A DNA stretch of 45,458 nt. Source: Priapulus caudatus. Its lineage: Eukaryota. Location: positions 1,175,130-1,220,587 of the forward strand of contig NW_014577068.1 of NCBI RefSeq assembly GCF_000485595.1, in the 5' to 3' direction. Shown one piece after another: positions 12,000 to 24,896 of this stretch (positions are counted from its first letter, which is position 1; each line of letters starts with the position of its first letter). The position numbers were made by a program, and so were the translations under genes. Under the pieces are notes generated by a model, which did not search any database, had not been told where the DNA came from, and saw only the letters and a program-made list of their open reading frames with translations.

Positions 12000-14900
12000 A
12001 TGCCGAGACATGGATTCAAACCACAACAATGGATATGTGAACGGCGTCAAAAAAGGTGTTTGACTATGGCGAATGATATTGACGGCTTATCGGATCTAGG
12101 AAGATGGCAGTTTTTAGTATTCGTATAGTTATGCTCAACGAAAGTGGCACTGGCGCTTCATAACATGATAATGCCATCTTTGGGGCCACGCGCCGATCAC
12201 TGGTGCCGATGTCCAGAACTTGCACTCACCTGCGCGATTCACGGTTCAGCGAAACCTCCAGCCATTCCATGGAAAAAGGGTTGACAACACGCTTGATTTC
12301 ATCACCGCTGATAAAATGTACCTGTTGCGCGAAATACTCTTGAGTTAGGCAAAATCTATCAGCATGAATCGTTGCGAGCGTTCCGCGCATCGTTACTGGG
12401 TAATACTCGTGGAAGGCCAATGTCAGCAATGGATGGATCTACACTATTCGCGAAGGTGATCACTTTGCGTATACCGACGGTAAGTATTTTTAAACTACTA
12501 GTGCGAGCTGAAACATGTCGACAAACAAAGATAAGGAACTTGTAAACTTACATTTGCTTACAAGAGTTGTTTGCCGTGGAAATTATATCGAATAATGTAG
12601 AAGGAACATATGCGATTATTACAACTTTTAACAGTGCTGTATCGCTCCTGGGTTCGTCATGTTAGATACAGATGAGTCACAAAATGACTCATTGAAGGAT
12701 AGCATAATTATCTACATTATTGAAGACTCATTCAGATCGTAGGTCTCATCTTGCTCGCTAATGTTTCAGTGCGGACGCTTCGTGTGTGGCAAGGAATGGC
12801 TAGCGCCAAGCGCACAAGCTAATATACCATGGCCTGGGTTTCTGCGTGGGATGCATCATACCTGCCATAATCTCTGGCGCTTTTTGACACTAGTGACGCG
12901 GTTAATATTAATTCATGTATTCACGTATCAAGCTAATAGACTAACAACCCTAATACAAAATTTAGGTTAAATAATATCAAACTAATATTAATAATCTATA
13001 AAATTATATTTATTAAACAATAATATAATTTAAAATAATAAATGTTATATAATATTTTTTTTATGAAATTACTTTCTGAAAATAAAAAAAATCAATTTGA
13101 AAATAAATATAAAAAGATTATAAAAATTTATAAATAATATAAAATTATGAAAAACATTAAAAAAATATATAATTTAATAATAAATAAATACATTAAAATC
13201 AAAAATAATTAATTCAATATATTTTACAAAACATCATGTTAATAATAATTTAATAATAAAAAAAATAAAGAAATATGAAAAATAGCAATACATTTTTTAA
13301 AATATCAAAAAATATAAAAAAATAATTATCGAAAAATAGTCGTATACTGTAAATATATATATAAAAGAAACATATATGATCTAATAAATACATAATAATC
13401 TTCGATTTAATTTACTTCAGCTTCAACGTTAAGACACCATAACCGCTCGTATACCATGGTTCAGACATTTCCAGCTGTAAATAATGGCTGGAGAGTAATA
13501 TGAGCAACATTTAGAGCAAGCGTCCAACCCGGACTTCCATTCGATTCTTAAATATAGTTGAATTTCGACAATATATACTATTAAAGCCAACAACATACAA
13601 GCAAAAGCAAAACAATGCATAAATCAAAGCAAAAGAACGCAAACAAATACGAAATTTATGCTCGATGTTTAGAAAGATTATCTATGTTACTGGCTGTAGG
13701 AACAGAAGAAAGTGGACGTTCATTGGTCACATCATAGCGTTCGTTTGCGGTAAGCGCCCGTAGCTTGCGTTCTCTCTAACCTTCATGCGTTTCTGCTCTT
13801 CGGTTCCTCATCGGAGCGTCTGGATCCGCAGCCGTTAAGCAGTTATCTTTATGCTATGTTACGTGGCGCGTAAGTTCATGTTAGCAATTAACTTGTAGTA
13901 AACATCCGTTATTAATCGCCGGTTTCGCCTTCATTATCTTCGGCCTGCACATAGCGTCATTGTTGATATTCGCCGTAACGCAAAACCTTTCTTATCACAG
14001 CGAAATTTATCGCATTTCCCGATATTAAGCTTAACTTTCTATTTTGTCACCTGTGTTTGACGGTACCCGCTGATTACTCAGAATCAACCCAGAGGATATA
14101 TCAGGGACAAGGAGGAGGATTGAGATATAGAGGAAGGATATAAGCGTATGCGAAATTCACACGGCTAACAAAACTATGCTGCGACTACGTGATGAGTAAA
14201 ATATACTCATCTTTCAAGCAGTTAGCATACTAGATGATTACACGTTGAACTGTTATTTAAAAACATAATTCACAATTTGAACATTACAAGCTTATTTAAC
14301 CAGAAGTCAATCGTCAATCAACGCCAGCGCTGTACACTACCTATTTGCGTGACGGGTTTTACTACATGAAAAGACCTATTAGATAACACATCCACTCAAC
14401 CTGCTCATTTACTGACATAACCTTCTTGTCTGTGATCGCATCGTGTACGTTTTCCCCTCACTGCTCCGATGCTTTTCTGACTAACGCTCATAATATTACC
14501 CTTCGATCTCTCTCGTTGTTGCTATATTCTTCATAGCCAATAATAGTATCCAAATTAACACCTCGGTTTATTCAGACAATATTGCCTGAAAGTACGCGAC
14601 CTTATCTTTAATGACGCGCATGTTAGGGAAAGCATACTGCGCTGCGCGGGCCACCGACGGGCGTGTGTAGGATAGGTAGTGGTAGAAAGGCAAGGACGCG
14701 TATATGGCCTGCGCATCGCAAAGGAATGTTCAAGGTTCATTTTGAAACCTATTTACGACCAATTATTTTTAGATCGTTTAAATGAGCTCTGCCTACTGGG
14801 GTTCCTCGCGTTTGTTTTAGCTTCCGTCGACTTAACGACAACGCCACAACATTGCTTTATTAAATCACTCGGTGTCTGCGCCTGATAACTACGCAAACTA

Positions 14901-15164
14901 AATTGTCGTTTACAAACTCTTAACATCCGTTTACTAGCAAAGGATCCTCTCAATGGCTCAAATCTTTGTGTTCAGCGGTTGTAGAGAATGGTTGCGACAA
15001 CAATACAGAAACGTCTGGACAAGCGGAGTCGCGGAGCTGCCTACTGTCTGGGCATTACGCACTGGATGCCCTGTTGACTTATATCTTTTCGCGCGATTGC
15101 GTCACCTTCAGCTAGCCATATCTGCTCGCTGTGTTCCTATTCCTGCTGGCCTTGTGGTATTTGT
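12000..15164 (+). pseudogene. Frameshifted duplicate of SLC22 exons 1-4
   Basis: ATGCCG..ATGGATTCAAACCAC at 12000, DLGRWQFLVFV, VCGKEWLA (~12770), exon 3 (~13700-13860) and exon 4 (~14976-15164) match 22431-24896 with many indels. Exons 5-10 do not follow. Confidence 0.75.
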
Positions 15165-15525
15165 AAGGGCCATCAATATGATTATTTTCATATTATGTTA
15201 ATAGGAATTTGCGTTTATTTCTCGATTAACTTTATGTTGTCGTGTTCTTTAATCAATTGTTAATTAAAACTATTGTAGTTATCAATTCATCCCAAACATC
15301 CTAATATATAAATATATAACGAAATAAATATATAAATACAAAATATAATTAACAATATAACGGTAGATCGTCATGTATACATATACCTTCGTGCAACACT
15401 CGGCTCAGGCCCACCATAAGCTATGCAGGCTGTCTACGGTAAGATGTCGTCTTACTCGTCATTACACATTCAAGTCACGAAATTTACCCCCCCCCCTCGT
15501 TAGGAACGACGGCCCTATATCGAAT

Positions 15526-18500
15526 TAGTGCACCAGCCAAACTTGGAAAAGTCCTCTAGAAAAAATAGTGCATTTTTTGTTAATAACAGGCATCCATGCT
15601 AGATCAATCAGTCATATGGTGGGGAAGAAAATGTGGGTCGATGCCACCCTCGATTTTGACCTCAAATGTCATTTTCAAGGTAAAAGGTCAAATAAGGTAA
15701 AAATGTGTATTTATCCTGGGTTTCTACATGTATGATGCAAAACAGCAAACTTTTCTAAGCTGAAAAAGGGCTAAACGGTTTCGCCATTTATCCATCATTA
15801 CAATGTGTTTAAAATATTCATTAAATTAATGTGGTGTGGCTGAGTGTGACCAGCTGGGTGACACAACATAAGGGGAACATACAGTATTTAAGGGTGTGTC
15901 TCATAAGCCTACATGTACATGCATGTGTATCGGCATGAGGCTCTTGATATGAGTCTACTGGCCAGTTGGGTTGCAGCAGTCAGTCGCATCACATCCGCAG
16001 GCGAAAGTGCACCTGAAGTTCTCTCTGAAGCAAGTACATCAAGCTGTTCAGCATTTTGATTTGCATCCACAGGCTACCAGCTCCAGGCAGGCTTTTGGAA
16101 TTGGGAGTAGCCTTGTCCACACAGCTTTAAGGCAACCGGACTCCTTCCTCCAAGCTGAGGTGTCTGTAGGCGATGAGACATCTATGTGTTCCTGGTCTGC
16201 TTGCAACCAAATCTTTGCCTGATAATTGGCGCGTGTAGCGTGAAGTTCCAGTGCATCCCTTGTCGGTGGTAACATCTCTAGACCCTTCTTAGCCTTTTCA
16301 AAAAGGTGGAGCCTGGCATAATAGACGGTTCGTTGCTCAGGTGTTCCATACAGGTGACACACAAACTGTTCAATAGGTGCAAGGTCTCCATCACGACCGA
16401 TCCCCTTGACAAGAAGTGGTTGGCTTTCAAAGGCTTTCCAGCATGACTTCTTTGCATGGCCACAGAAATAGGAGGTTGTGTCACAACCTGTTAGCGCATG
16501 GAAGCTGATCAGTTTTTTTCTCACAGGTTGTGTAAGTCTCTCAGATACGGCATGTAGTGGGTAACATTTCTGATTCTTTGCTGTTCCAGACACCATCCAC
16601 ACTTCGGATGTTCTTGTTGATACAAAGTGTATTAGAAGTAGCATGACATCTGTGTCTCTGCAGATTACTAGCATTTTGGTATCCTTCATTAACTGCCTCA
16701 CACGAATGGAGTATCAGCCTGGTATCCGCCTCTTCATGATTTCCGTGAAGCCTGGGGTCATCTCTCCTTGCTGACCTTGCATCAGTAGCATCTGCAAATC
16801 CGCCTCCGGTTACCAGCTCAAATCGCCCCGGCAGATCTTTACCTTTATGATTTCCTCAGTCAAGAACTTGGCAAGATCAGCTTTGTTCTCATCCAAGGCA
16901 GTGCACTGAACCCAAACTTGTGGGAGTGGGACATTGGGCCTATCGATGAGCTTGCGGATTGGTTTCTTTTTTCTCAGTTGCTTTGAGCGAGTCACTGCCT
17001 TGATGGAGCTTTGCCCGATGTAGCGATCAAATACTACATCAACTCTTGTTGGGTGCTGTCCGAAGTGACGTGTTACAGTTTTTACAAACACATCAGCATA
17101 TTCACCAAATGTCTGACACCCAAAAAGCTTTCCAAGAGCTTGGATGAGAGCGTGACCATCTATAAGCACACATGTCTTCATGTCAGCTTTTGGAACTTCA
17201 GGGGGTACTTGTAGTCCTGCTATCAAGATGTTAATCAGCTCCGACTTTGAAGCAGAGTTTATCTTCCCTCCAGCCATGGCCAGAAACAGTGGGATTGGGT
17301 CAGTTCATGCTTGAGAATGGTCGCCATTTCCAGTGGTCGCCCGTTGGTGACAGCATTGCGCAATTGCTGCAGTAGCTTTCTGTCAGCTTTTGATTGTGTT
17401 TCTGTACATTTCTGTTTAGTAAGATACATTTGCTTTTTACAGATCAGGCGTAAGGTTTTGAGTGGTGCTTCCTCAGATGTGTCATGAAACCCGACAGTTC
17501 CCTCAATCAGGCGTTGCTTTACATTAGTGACAACATGCTTCTTTCCTCTGTCTTCAGCTGTGAGTAGATCTCTCACCACGTCATTCGATGCAGTATCTTT
17601 GGTTGCCAGTGATCCCAATGGTATGTCTTTTCCGTCCGTGTCACAGTCTCCATCTTCTTCAGCCAAGGTAGTGCGTACTCGGAATACATCAAATCTTGTA
17701 CAGTGTGTGGCAAGCTCATCACTTTCATCATATCACGCGTTGTGCGTGCTGGACGACTATTCAGAACGCGTGAAAGTGGTCTTTGCTCATCGTCTTCAAG
17801 GTTGTAGAAAGATCTGATGTTGGGGTGTGATGCGTGATCCGTTCTGACCATGTGATACAAAACTTGTTCCTGGTTGCTGATTGCGCATTGGCCCCGCCAT
17901 TTTGCCGATCTTGCATGCTTCTGTTGATCCACTCAGTTGCCTGGCTAGCAAGGCGAACTTGTTGAAGCGCCTTTTTATCTCTACACAACAAAATTACCCA
18001 GTACAATGAACTCTGCATGACTCTAGCGCTGTCTTCTCTAGAATTCCATGTCTGCGAGATAGACCTGTCCCCATCGAGCATAGTTGGGTGTGGTCGTAGA
18101 TGGTGAGCCATGGCCAGCATGGCTGCAAAGGATTCAGATGACGAGTCCAGTTGCCATCTCTCTTCAGCCCTAAACAGCAGTGTGTTATAAAAGACAAAAA
18201 CAAGGTGGCCAATGCAAACAAATAACTTGTTAGGATTTTACAGTGACAAAGTAGTTTAATTGAACGTGCTATGATAGTTTAAACGAAAAGATTCGGATGT
18301 GAAGATCACATTTGTGTTTCACGATTTGTAAAAATAAATTCACTTGTTAATAACAGCCTAAACACGTGTTTTTGATATTAAAAATAGGTTTCTATGGATA
18401 GAGCAAACAAAATGTTGCTGTCAATGATGCACAATGTAAAAAAACACAAAATCTGACCTTATTTGAACATTTTGACCCTTAAAAATGACCTTTAAGATCA

Positions 18501-18629
18501 AAATCGAGGGTGGCATCACCCACATTTTTTTTTCCCACCATATGACTGACTGTTGATCTAGCAATGGATGCCTGCCTATTAACAAAAATGCACCCAAAGT
18601 AAAAAAATTACATATTGCTGGCTGTACTA
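15526..18629 (-). mobile_element. Academ (AcademX-type) DNA transposon, internally deleted and defective, ~3.1 kb
   Basis: ~190-bp imperfect TIRs (15526-15710 versus 18440-18629) with termini TAGTGCACCAGCCAA...TTGGCTGGTGTACTA. 3-bp TSD AAT (left 15523-15525; right intact in the 2272-2274 copy). Encodes XPG/PIN nuclease and Cys-rich domains. Confidence 0.85.
15955..18170 (-). pseudogene. Disrupted Academ ORF, C-terminal half: XPG/FEN-like nuclease (H3TH) plus Cys8 zinc finger
   Basis: Motifs across frameshifted ORFs: LIDGHALIQ, RVDVVFDRY, HEEADTRL, DTDVMLLL, FHALTGCDTTS, LPPTRDALELHATRANYQAKIW and CGCKSKC*TA*CTCFRENFRCTFACGCDATDCCNP. Stop TAG at 15957-15955. Confidence 0.85.
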
Positions 18630-18710
18630 ATACAGAGATCGAGAATACACTTGTGATAATCTGTTAAATTCGAAATTAGAATGTCTTTATTTTACTCTTC
18701 GTGTTATAGG

Positions 18711-19251
18711 CGGGCGTTAGCCAGGATTTTAAAAGTTGTAGGCACGACTATCTGAGCGGAGTGCCACCATCGGTTAGGCGCGGAAGACGTACAAGAACAT
18801 TTTTGGTTTTACAAACCCCCCAGATGGCCGAAAACGGCCCTTTCCGAGTGTTCATATCTGGTTCCCTGGGCCTCTTGCTACTTGAGACACCTCATTCAAT
18901 ATCACTTTTAAACCCAAAAAACAAACGAGTTAAAATAGTGTACGAACGATTTAAAATGTTAAAAAACTGACAAGATTGCGATCCTAGTCTTTTTCGGCGG
19001 GTCGTAGAGTGTTGAATGAAACGGCACGCCGATAGAAATGACAGCCTAGATGACAGCGTAGAAGAATAGGTCACCTCATTTAGCCAATATCTTGCGTTCA
19101 TTCAATAGTTTTTCCTGTCTAAGACTTCTTAAACTCGCTCCCCAGCATGCTTATCGATTTGGAATTATGGGTGTTTAAAAACAAAGATACTTGGCCAAAA
19201 AAAGTGTCTTAGCCCGGGTCCTACAGTTGCTACCTACTGCTCTAGCGCCTG
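18711..19251. mobile_element. hAT-like MITE, TIR CAGGGGCGTAGCCAG, 5-bp TSD ATAGG
   Basis: TIRs are degraded here but perfect in the split duplicate (2353-2367 and 9198-9212). ATAGG flanks both ends in both copies. Confidence 0.7.
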
Positions 19252-19752
19252 ATAGGAGGCTACTGGAATAATCTGATTCAATGACGTCATAGACGTCGTT
19301 GCGCGTAGCGTGCCAGTGTATTGTTGGGCCACCGGGCGGCCTTTGGTTTCAGTCCTGAGCTTTCATTTGTTGGCTGATCGCAATAATTGATATGTGCCTT
19401 GCGAGGCGCTTGAGTTCGCTTGCTAATGTCTGTCTTCATTACCGGTCCTACGTGAAATGAGAAATGTCAGAAGGGCGATTATGCGAAATCCCGTTGACTC
19501 TTAGGGTGCGACGGGAAAGGGTGGTAGCGCGGCTGTCAGTAGTAGATAGCTATACAGAGGGATTGGAAACCAAGTTGGCATCACCTTATATCTGACGCGT
19601 TCCAACATCGCATCGGGCTGACAAGCCATAAGTCGTATGCATACGGCGACAGAATGTTGATGGTACTTGAGTTATCGCGGAGTTAGTATCGGCACTAAAT
19701 CGGCGCGAATGCTCATTCACAAGTATACGCTGCGTGTGTGCAGAGCCGAGCT

Positions 19753-20349
19753 TACGGCGGCGCCATGCCACGGACAGCGCACTTATTGTACTAAAACTTG
19801 ACAAAAATGCGAGTTTTCCGTAACAACAAAACTCACATTCTGTCAATCCGGTTCCACAGACTCGCTTTTGTGTGCAAATGTGGCAGCACGATGTAAGAAG
19901 CGCTACAATTAGGTTTCCAGAAACTGGGCTGGAGAAATTGGTCCAGGTCCATCTTGGTTTTCGGTTTGACCCAAATGGAGCCCTGCTTAAATGCCGCGGT
20001 GTGCCATATTGGGCAAACAAAAGCGGTCTTGTGAACCGGTTGACACGATTGGGTTTCGGAGTTTCTGTTGTTTAACAAAATTGAGTTTTGTGGGACAGGA
20101 TTGACAGAATTGGAGTTTCTGTTGTGTTCACAAATGAGTTTTGGGGAACAGGATCACTAGAAGTGGAGTTTTGTGCTTCACAAATTGAGTTTTTGTGGAC
20201 GATGACATTGGTTTGCCAATTTATTGTGTTGAGACAGAATCGAGTTGTGTGATTCACAAAATTGACTTTTGTGAGACAGAATTGAGTTGTGTGCACAAAA
20301 GTGAGTTTTGTGAGACAAAATTGAGCCCTGTCCTGCATGGCGGCCCGTA
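19753..20349. mobile_element. ~600-bp unclassified non-autonomous DNA element, termini TACGG...CCGTA, 5-bp TSD CGAGC
   Basis: ~28-bp imperfect TIR. CGAGC at 19747-19751 and 20350-20354. Internal GAGTTTTGTG..ACAAAATT sub-repeats. Absent from the duplicate at ~9725. Confidence 0.8.
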
Positions 20350-20507
20350 CGAGCATGCCCACGTCATCGCGTGGCCCATCGGCAATCACTAATAGTCGGC
20401 AAACACACATGCGAAAAGCTTAAGCAGGAGAAGATCGAAATATAATAACCGAATGTACACACAGAACCTACACTGATCATATAATTGCCGACGCTTCTGT
20501 GAAGATA

Positions 20508-21143
20508 CGGTATCGGGACAAGTACCCCTGGACGATCCCCCCCCCCCGGACATTCACCCCCGGACATTCACTCGCAGTCAATGACGCTCTTACCCCGGAG
20601 AATTATCGCAAGACGATACTACACTACACGGACTCAAAGTGATGATAAATAAACATGCAAAAGATCAATTGCATTTTACAGTTTTTTTTACAGGGGTGAC
20701 TGTCTGCGGGTGATCATCTCGGGGGTGATTGCCCGGGGAGTGATCTTCCGTGGCTACTTATCCGAGAGTCAATAGCATGGGAGTAATCGTCTATGAGTGA
20801 TTATCCAGAGGTAATTGTCCGGGGGTGATTGTCCCGAAGTTGATTTTCTGGGGGTAACTGTCTAGGGTGAATAGCATGGGGTCGTTATTCAGGGGGTAAT
20901 TATCGGGAGGTAAGTTTCCGGGGCAATGGTCCGGGGGTGTGATTTCTCGGGGGTAAGTGTTTGGGGTGAATATCATAGGGGTAATTGTCCGAAAGGTAAT
21001 TGTCCAAGGGGTGATTGTCCGGGGAAGGCGATTGCCCAGGGGAAATTCTCGGCGGTGGGGGGAGGGTGATTCCCCAAGGGATGATTCCCCACGGGGTGAT
21101 TGCCCGGGAAAGATATTTCCCGCGAGTAATTGTTCTGGACCCG
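20508..21143. mobile_element. MITE-like element with GGGGT(A/G)ATTGTCC sub-repeats
   Basis: Imperfect inverted ends CGGTATCGGGACAAGTACCCC / GAGTAATTGTTCTGGACCCG and an asymmetric array of ~15-bp sub-repeats. No TSD resolved. Confidence 0.6.
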
Positions 21144-22430
21144 ATCAGACATGTTTATCCGGCGTAGTTTACAGTTTCCTCTTTTCTGCTCTTAAACGTT
21201 TCAAACGAGTTTTGTACACGAGCGAATATAATTTGCATTAGTAGGTTTACCCACTACTCCAGGTTAGTTGGTACATACACAGAAAGTGTAATTCAAGTAT
21301 GGCTCGGTCGTAATGGCTCTAGGCGTAAATCTTTCTGTATGTACGGGGCAATGGCTGCGGTGCTGGGGTTGGTATAACAATGATTTTCTGGAAATGCGAT
21401 CCGCATGTGAGAGCGCTTTCTTCGGAAAGAGGGATAGAGTTTGTGATTTCTTTCTTTTGTGATTTTGATCGCGAACGCTCACATGTAACAATTTATGACA
21501 ACCTATTTCGCTTAATCATGACAGCCTGTGTTCATTGCACTGAAGTGCATCATTAACAAATTAATCTAAATATTAATTGTTATGATTATAAAAACTTATC
21601 TGGATTTTTTATCGTAAAAAGCTTCTATAATATTGAGTTTCTATGTTTCGCATTATTTTCAATTGTCACTTTATGTCATTTTAGTTGATATTTTAGTCAT
21701 TTATTATTCTTCAGATAATCATTTTAACATACAGTATGGGCCAAACGTTCTGCCCCTGCTGCATCATATTTGCGCATACACCAACACGCACTTGCTTGCG
21801 AAGTCATAAATCATTTTATAAATACCTACGTTTTTTATTATTTTGAAACATTTTATGAAGGACGTGGTTTATGAAGTCACGTGCTTATGCACCTTGTGCG
21901 ACCCTTTATTATTCTCCTGTTATCCTCATGGATATAAATAGCAATATAACTCTAGTTGGTAGTATTCGCTACTGGGCGCTCAAACACAGTCGCGGGACAA
22001 CGACTAGCTAGGGCTAAACCGATCATCTTCCTCGTTCTAGCTAGATCGAACTATGGTGACTTTTATAAATTTGCTCACTCGTTTTTTTGAGTGCTCGTGC
22101 CAGTAATCCGTGCCAGTGCCAGGATCTCCGCCTCCTTTAATTAAACCCTGACCTGCGGTTGACACAACAGGCCTGGAGCCTTGATGTGCGCCTAATCGCT
22201 CGATCGCCTTTCCATTGTTCATCTCGTGTTTTCTTTCAGATATAGATATTTACGACATATTTGCATTAGTTGCTATTTGTCACCAGCTTACCGCAAATAC
22301 ACGGCGTCAGCTTGCTAAGTGTAAAGATCATCTGCAGATAGCAGTGACGGTGTGAGCTTATATATTCTTGCTCCGGCCAGCTGTCCATATACGAATTTAG
22401 TCACTCGTTAGACAGCGAGTAGTAGCCAGT

Positions 22431-22889
22431 ATGCCGGACATGGATTCAAACCACAAAATGGATAATGAACCGTCAAAAAAGGTGTTTGACTATGGAATGA
22501 TATTGACGGCTATCGGGAATCTAGGAAGATGGCAGTTTTTAGTATTCGTTATAGTATGCTCAACGAAGTTGGCACTGGCGCTTCATAACATGATAATGCC
22601 TCTTCTGGGGGCCACGCCCGATCACTGGTGCAGAGTCCCAGAACTTGATGACCTGCCGATTTACGTTCAGCGAAACCTCAGCATTCCAATGGAAAAGGTT
22701 GACAACAAGCTTGTTTTTTCACGGTGCAACGTGTACGTCGCGCGAAATTACTCTGAGTTAGCAGAAATCTATCAGAATGAATCGTTTGCGAGCGTCCCGG
22801 CATCGTTACTGGGTAATACTGTGGAAGGCCAATGTCAGCATGGATGGATCTATGATATTCGCGAAGGTGGATCAACCTTGGTTACCGAG
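22431..22889 (+). CDS. SLC22 family organic ion transporter, coding exon 1 of 10 (gene 22431-28711, 581 aa)
   Basis: IGNLGRWQ, TM1, PDHWCRVP, Cys/N-glycan-rich extracellular loop, CQHGWIYD..STLVTE|GTAAGT. 459 nt, phase 0. All ten exons join in frame (1746 nt). Confidence 0.95.
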
Positions 22890-23158
22890 GTAAGTATTTT
22901 TAAACCTACGAGTGCAGCTGAAAATGTGAAAACAAGATAAGACTGTAAACTTACATTTGCTACAAAGTGTTGCGTGGAAATTATATCGAATATGTAGAAG
23001 GAACTATCGATTATTACAACTTTAACAGTGTGTATCGCTCTGGGTTTCGTATGTTAGATACAAATGAGCACAATATACTCATTGAGGATAGCATAATTAT
23101 TACATTATTGAAGACTCATTCAGATCAGTAGGTTGCATGTTGCTCGCTAATGTTTCAG

Positions 23159-23262
23159 TGGGACCTCGTGTGTGGCAAGGAATGGCTAGCGGCCAGCGCA
23201 CAAGCTATATACATGCTGGGTTTTCTGGTGGGATGCATCATACCTGCATATCTGGCTGACAT
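23159..23262 (+). CDS. SLC22 transporter exon 2
   Basis: TTTCAG|WDLVCGKEWLAASAQAIYMLGFLVGCIIPAYLAD|GT; 104 nt. Confidence 0.95.
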
Positions 23263-23559
23263 GTACGGTTAATATTAATCATTACTTCAGCTTCACGTGA
23301 GACACCTAACCGCTCGTATACATGGTTCAGACATTTCACTGCTAAATATGGCTTGGAGAGTAATATGAGCAAACATTTAGAGCAAGCTCCAACCGACTTC
23401 ATATTGGATTTTAAATAATATTTGAATCTTCGACAATATATCACTATAAAAAGCAAAACATACAAGCAAAAGCAAACAATGCATAAATAAAGCAAAAAAG
23501 CAAACAATACGAAAAATTTATGCTCGATGTTTAAGAAATTATCTATGTACTGGCTGTAG

Positions 23560-23714
23560 GAAAGGAAGAAAGTGGACGTTCATGGTCACATCTAGCGTGT
23601 TTGCGGTAAGCGCCACCGTAGCTGCGTTCTCTCCTAACTTCACATGGTTTCTGCTCTTTCGGTTCCTCATCGGAGCGTCTGGATCCGCAGCCGTTAACAG
23701 TATCTATATCTATG
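23560..23714 (+). CDS. SLC22 transporter exon 3
   Basis: TAG|KGRKWTFMVTSSVFAVSATVAAFSPNFTWFLLFRFLIGASGSAAVNSIYIY|GTAGGT; 155 nt. Confidence 0.93.
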
Positions 23715-24727
23715 GTAGGTGGCGTAGTCATGATAGAATTTAATTGTGTAAACATCGTAATAATCGCCGGTTCGCCTTCATTATCTCGGCTGCAATAGGT
23801 ATCGTGATATTCGCCTACGTCAAAACCTTTCTTATCAACAGGAAATTTATCGCATTTCCGATATTAAGCTATAATTCTATTTTGTCACCTGTTGTTGAAC
23901 CGTACGCTATTTCTCAAGAATCAATGCAGAGCAGGTATAAGGGACAAGGAGTAAGCGTTGGAAATTCACACGGCTAACAAACTATCTGACTCGTGATGAG
24001 TAAAAATACTCATCTTTCAAGGGTTAGCATAAATATACCACGTTGAACTGTTATTTAAAACAATATTCACATTTAACATTCAAGTAATTTAAACCAGCAG
24101 TCAATCGTCATCAACGCCAGCGTGTCCACTAGCCGTATTATGGTGACGGTTTTACTACATGAAAAAGACCTATTAGTAACACATCCACTCAACCTGCTCA
24201 TTTACTGACATAACCTTCTTGTCTGTTGACTCAGCATGTGTACGTTTTCCCCTCACTGCCTCGATGACTTTCTGACTAAACGCTCATAGTATTACCCTAT
24301 CGATCTCTTCGTTGTTGCTATATTCTTCATAGCCAATAATAGTATCCAAATTAACACCTGGTTTATCAGACAATATTGCTGAAAGCTACGCGATCTTATT
24401 TTAATGACAGCGCAGTTAGGAAACATGTGTAGGATAGGAAGTGTAGAGAAGACAAGGACGCGTATATGGCTGCGATCGCAAAGGAAATGTTCAAGGTTAA
24501 TTTTGAAAACCTATTTCGACCAATTATTTTAGATCGTTTTAAAGTGAGCTCTGCCCTTGTAGGGGTTCTGCGTTTGTTTAGCTCCGTCACTTAACCGACA
24601 ACGCCACAACATTGCTTATATTAAATCACTGGTGTCTGCTGATAACTACGAAATAAATTGTCGTTTACAATATTTAACTACCGTTTACTAGCAAAGGATC
24701 CGCTCATGGTCAAATCTTTGTGTTCAG

Positions 24728-24896
24728 CGCTAGAGAATGTTGGACAACAATACAGAAACCGTGTGACAAGCGGAGTCGGAGCTGCCTACTGTCTGGGATA
24801 CGCACTGGATGCCCTGTGTGCTTATATCTTTCGCGATTGGCGTCACCTTCAGCTAGCCATATCTGTGTGTCTATTCCTGCTGCCCTTGTGGTATTT
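24728..24896 (+). CDS. SLC22 transporter exon 4
   Basis: TTCAG|LENVGQQYR...AYIFRDWRHLQLAIS...LWY|GTAAGT; 169 nt. Confidence 0.95.

Larger units (their letters stand above)
8707..15302 (+). repeat. ~6.5-kb indel-rich direct duplicate of 18765-25032
   Basis: Collinear near-identity through intergenic, exon and intron sequence. Starts right after an N gap, and the differences are mostly single-base indels. Confidence 0.9.

Noticed and set aside
12916..13410. Extremely AT-rich insert absent from the duplicate
   Set aside because: No TIR, TSD or internal structure. It resembles a low-quality long-read segment.
22228..22430. Possible splice acceptor (TTTTCTTTCAG, 22239) implying an upstream non-coding SLC22 exon
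   Set aside because: Plausible, but it cannot be supported without transcript data.
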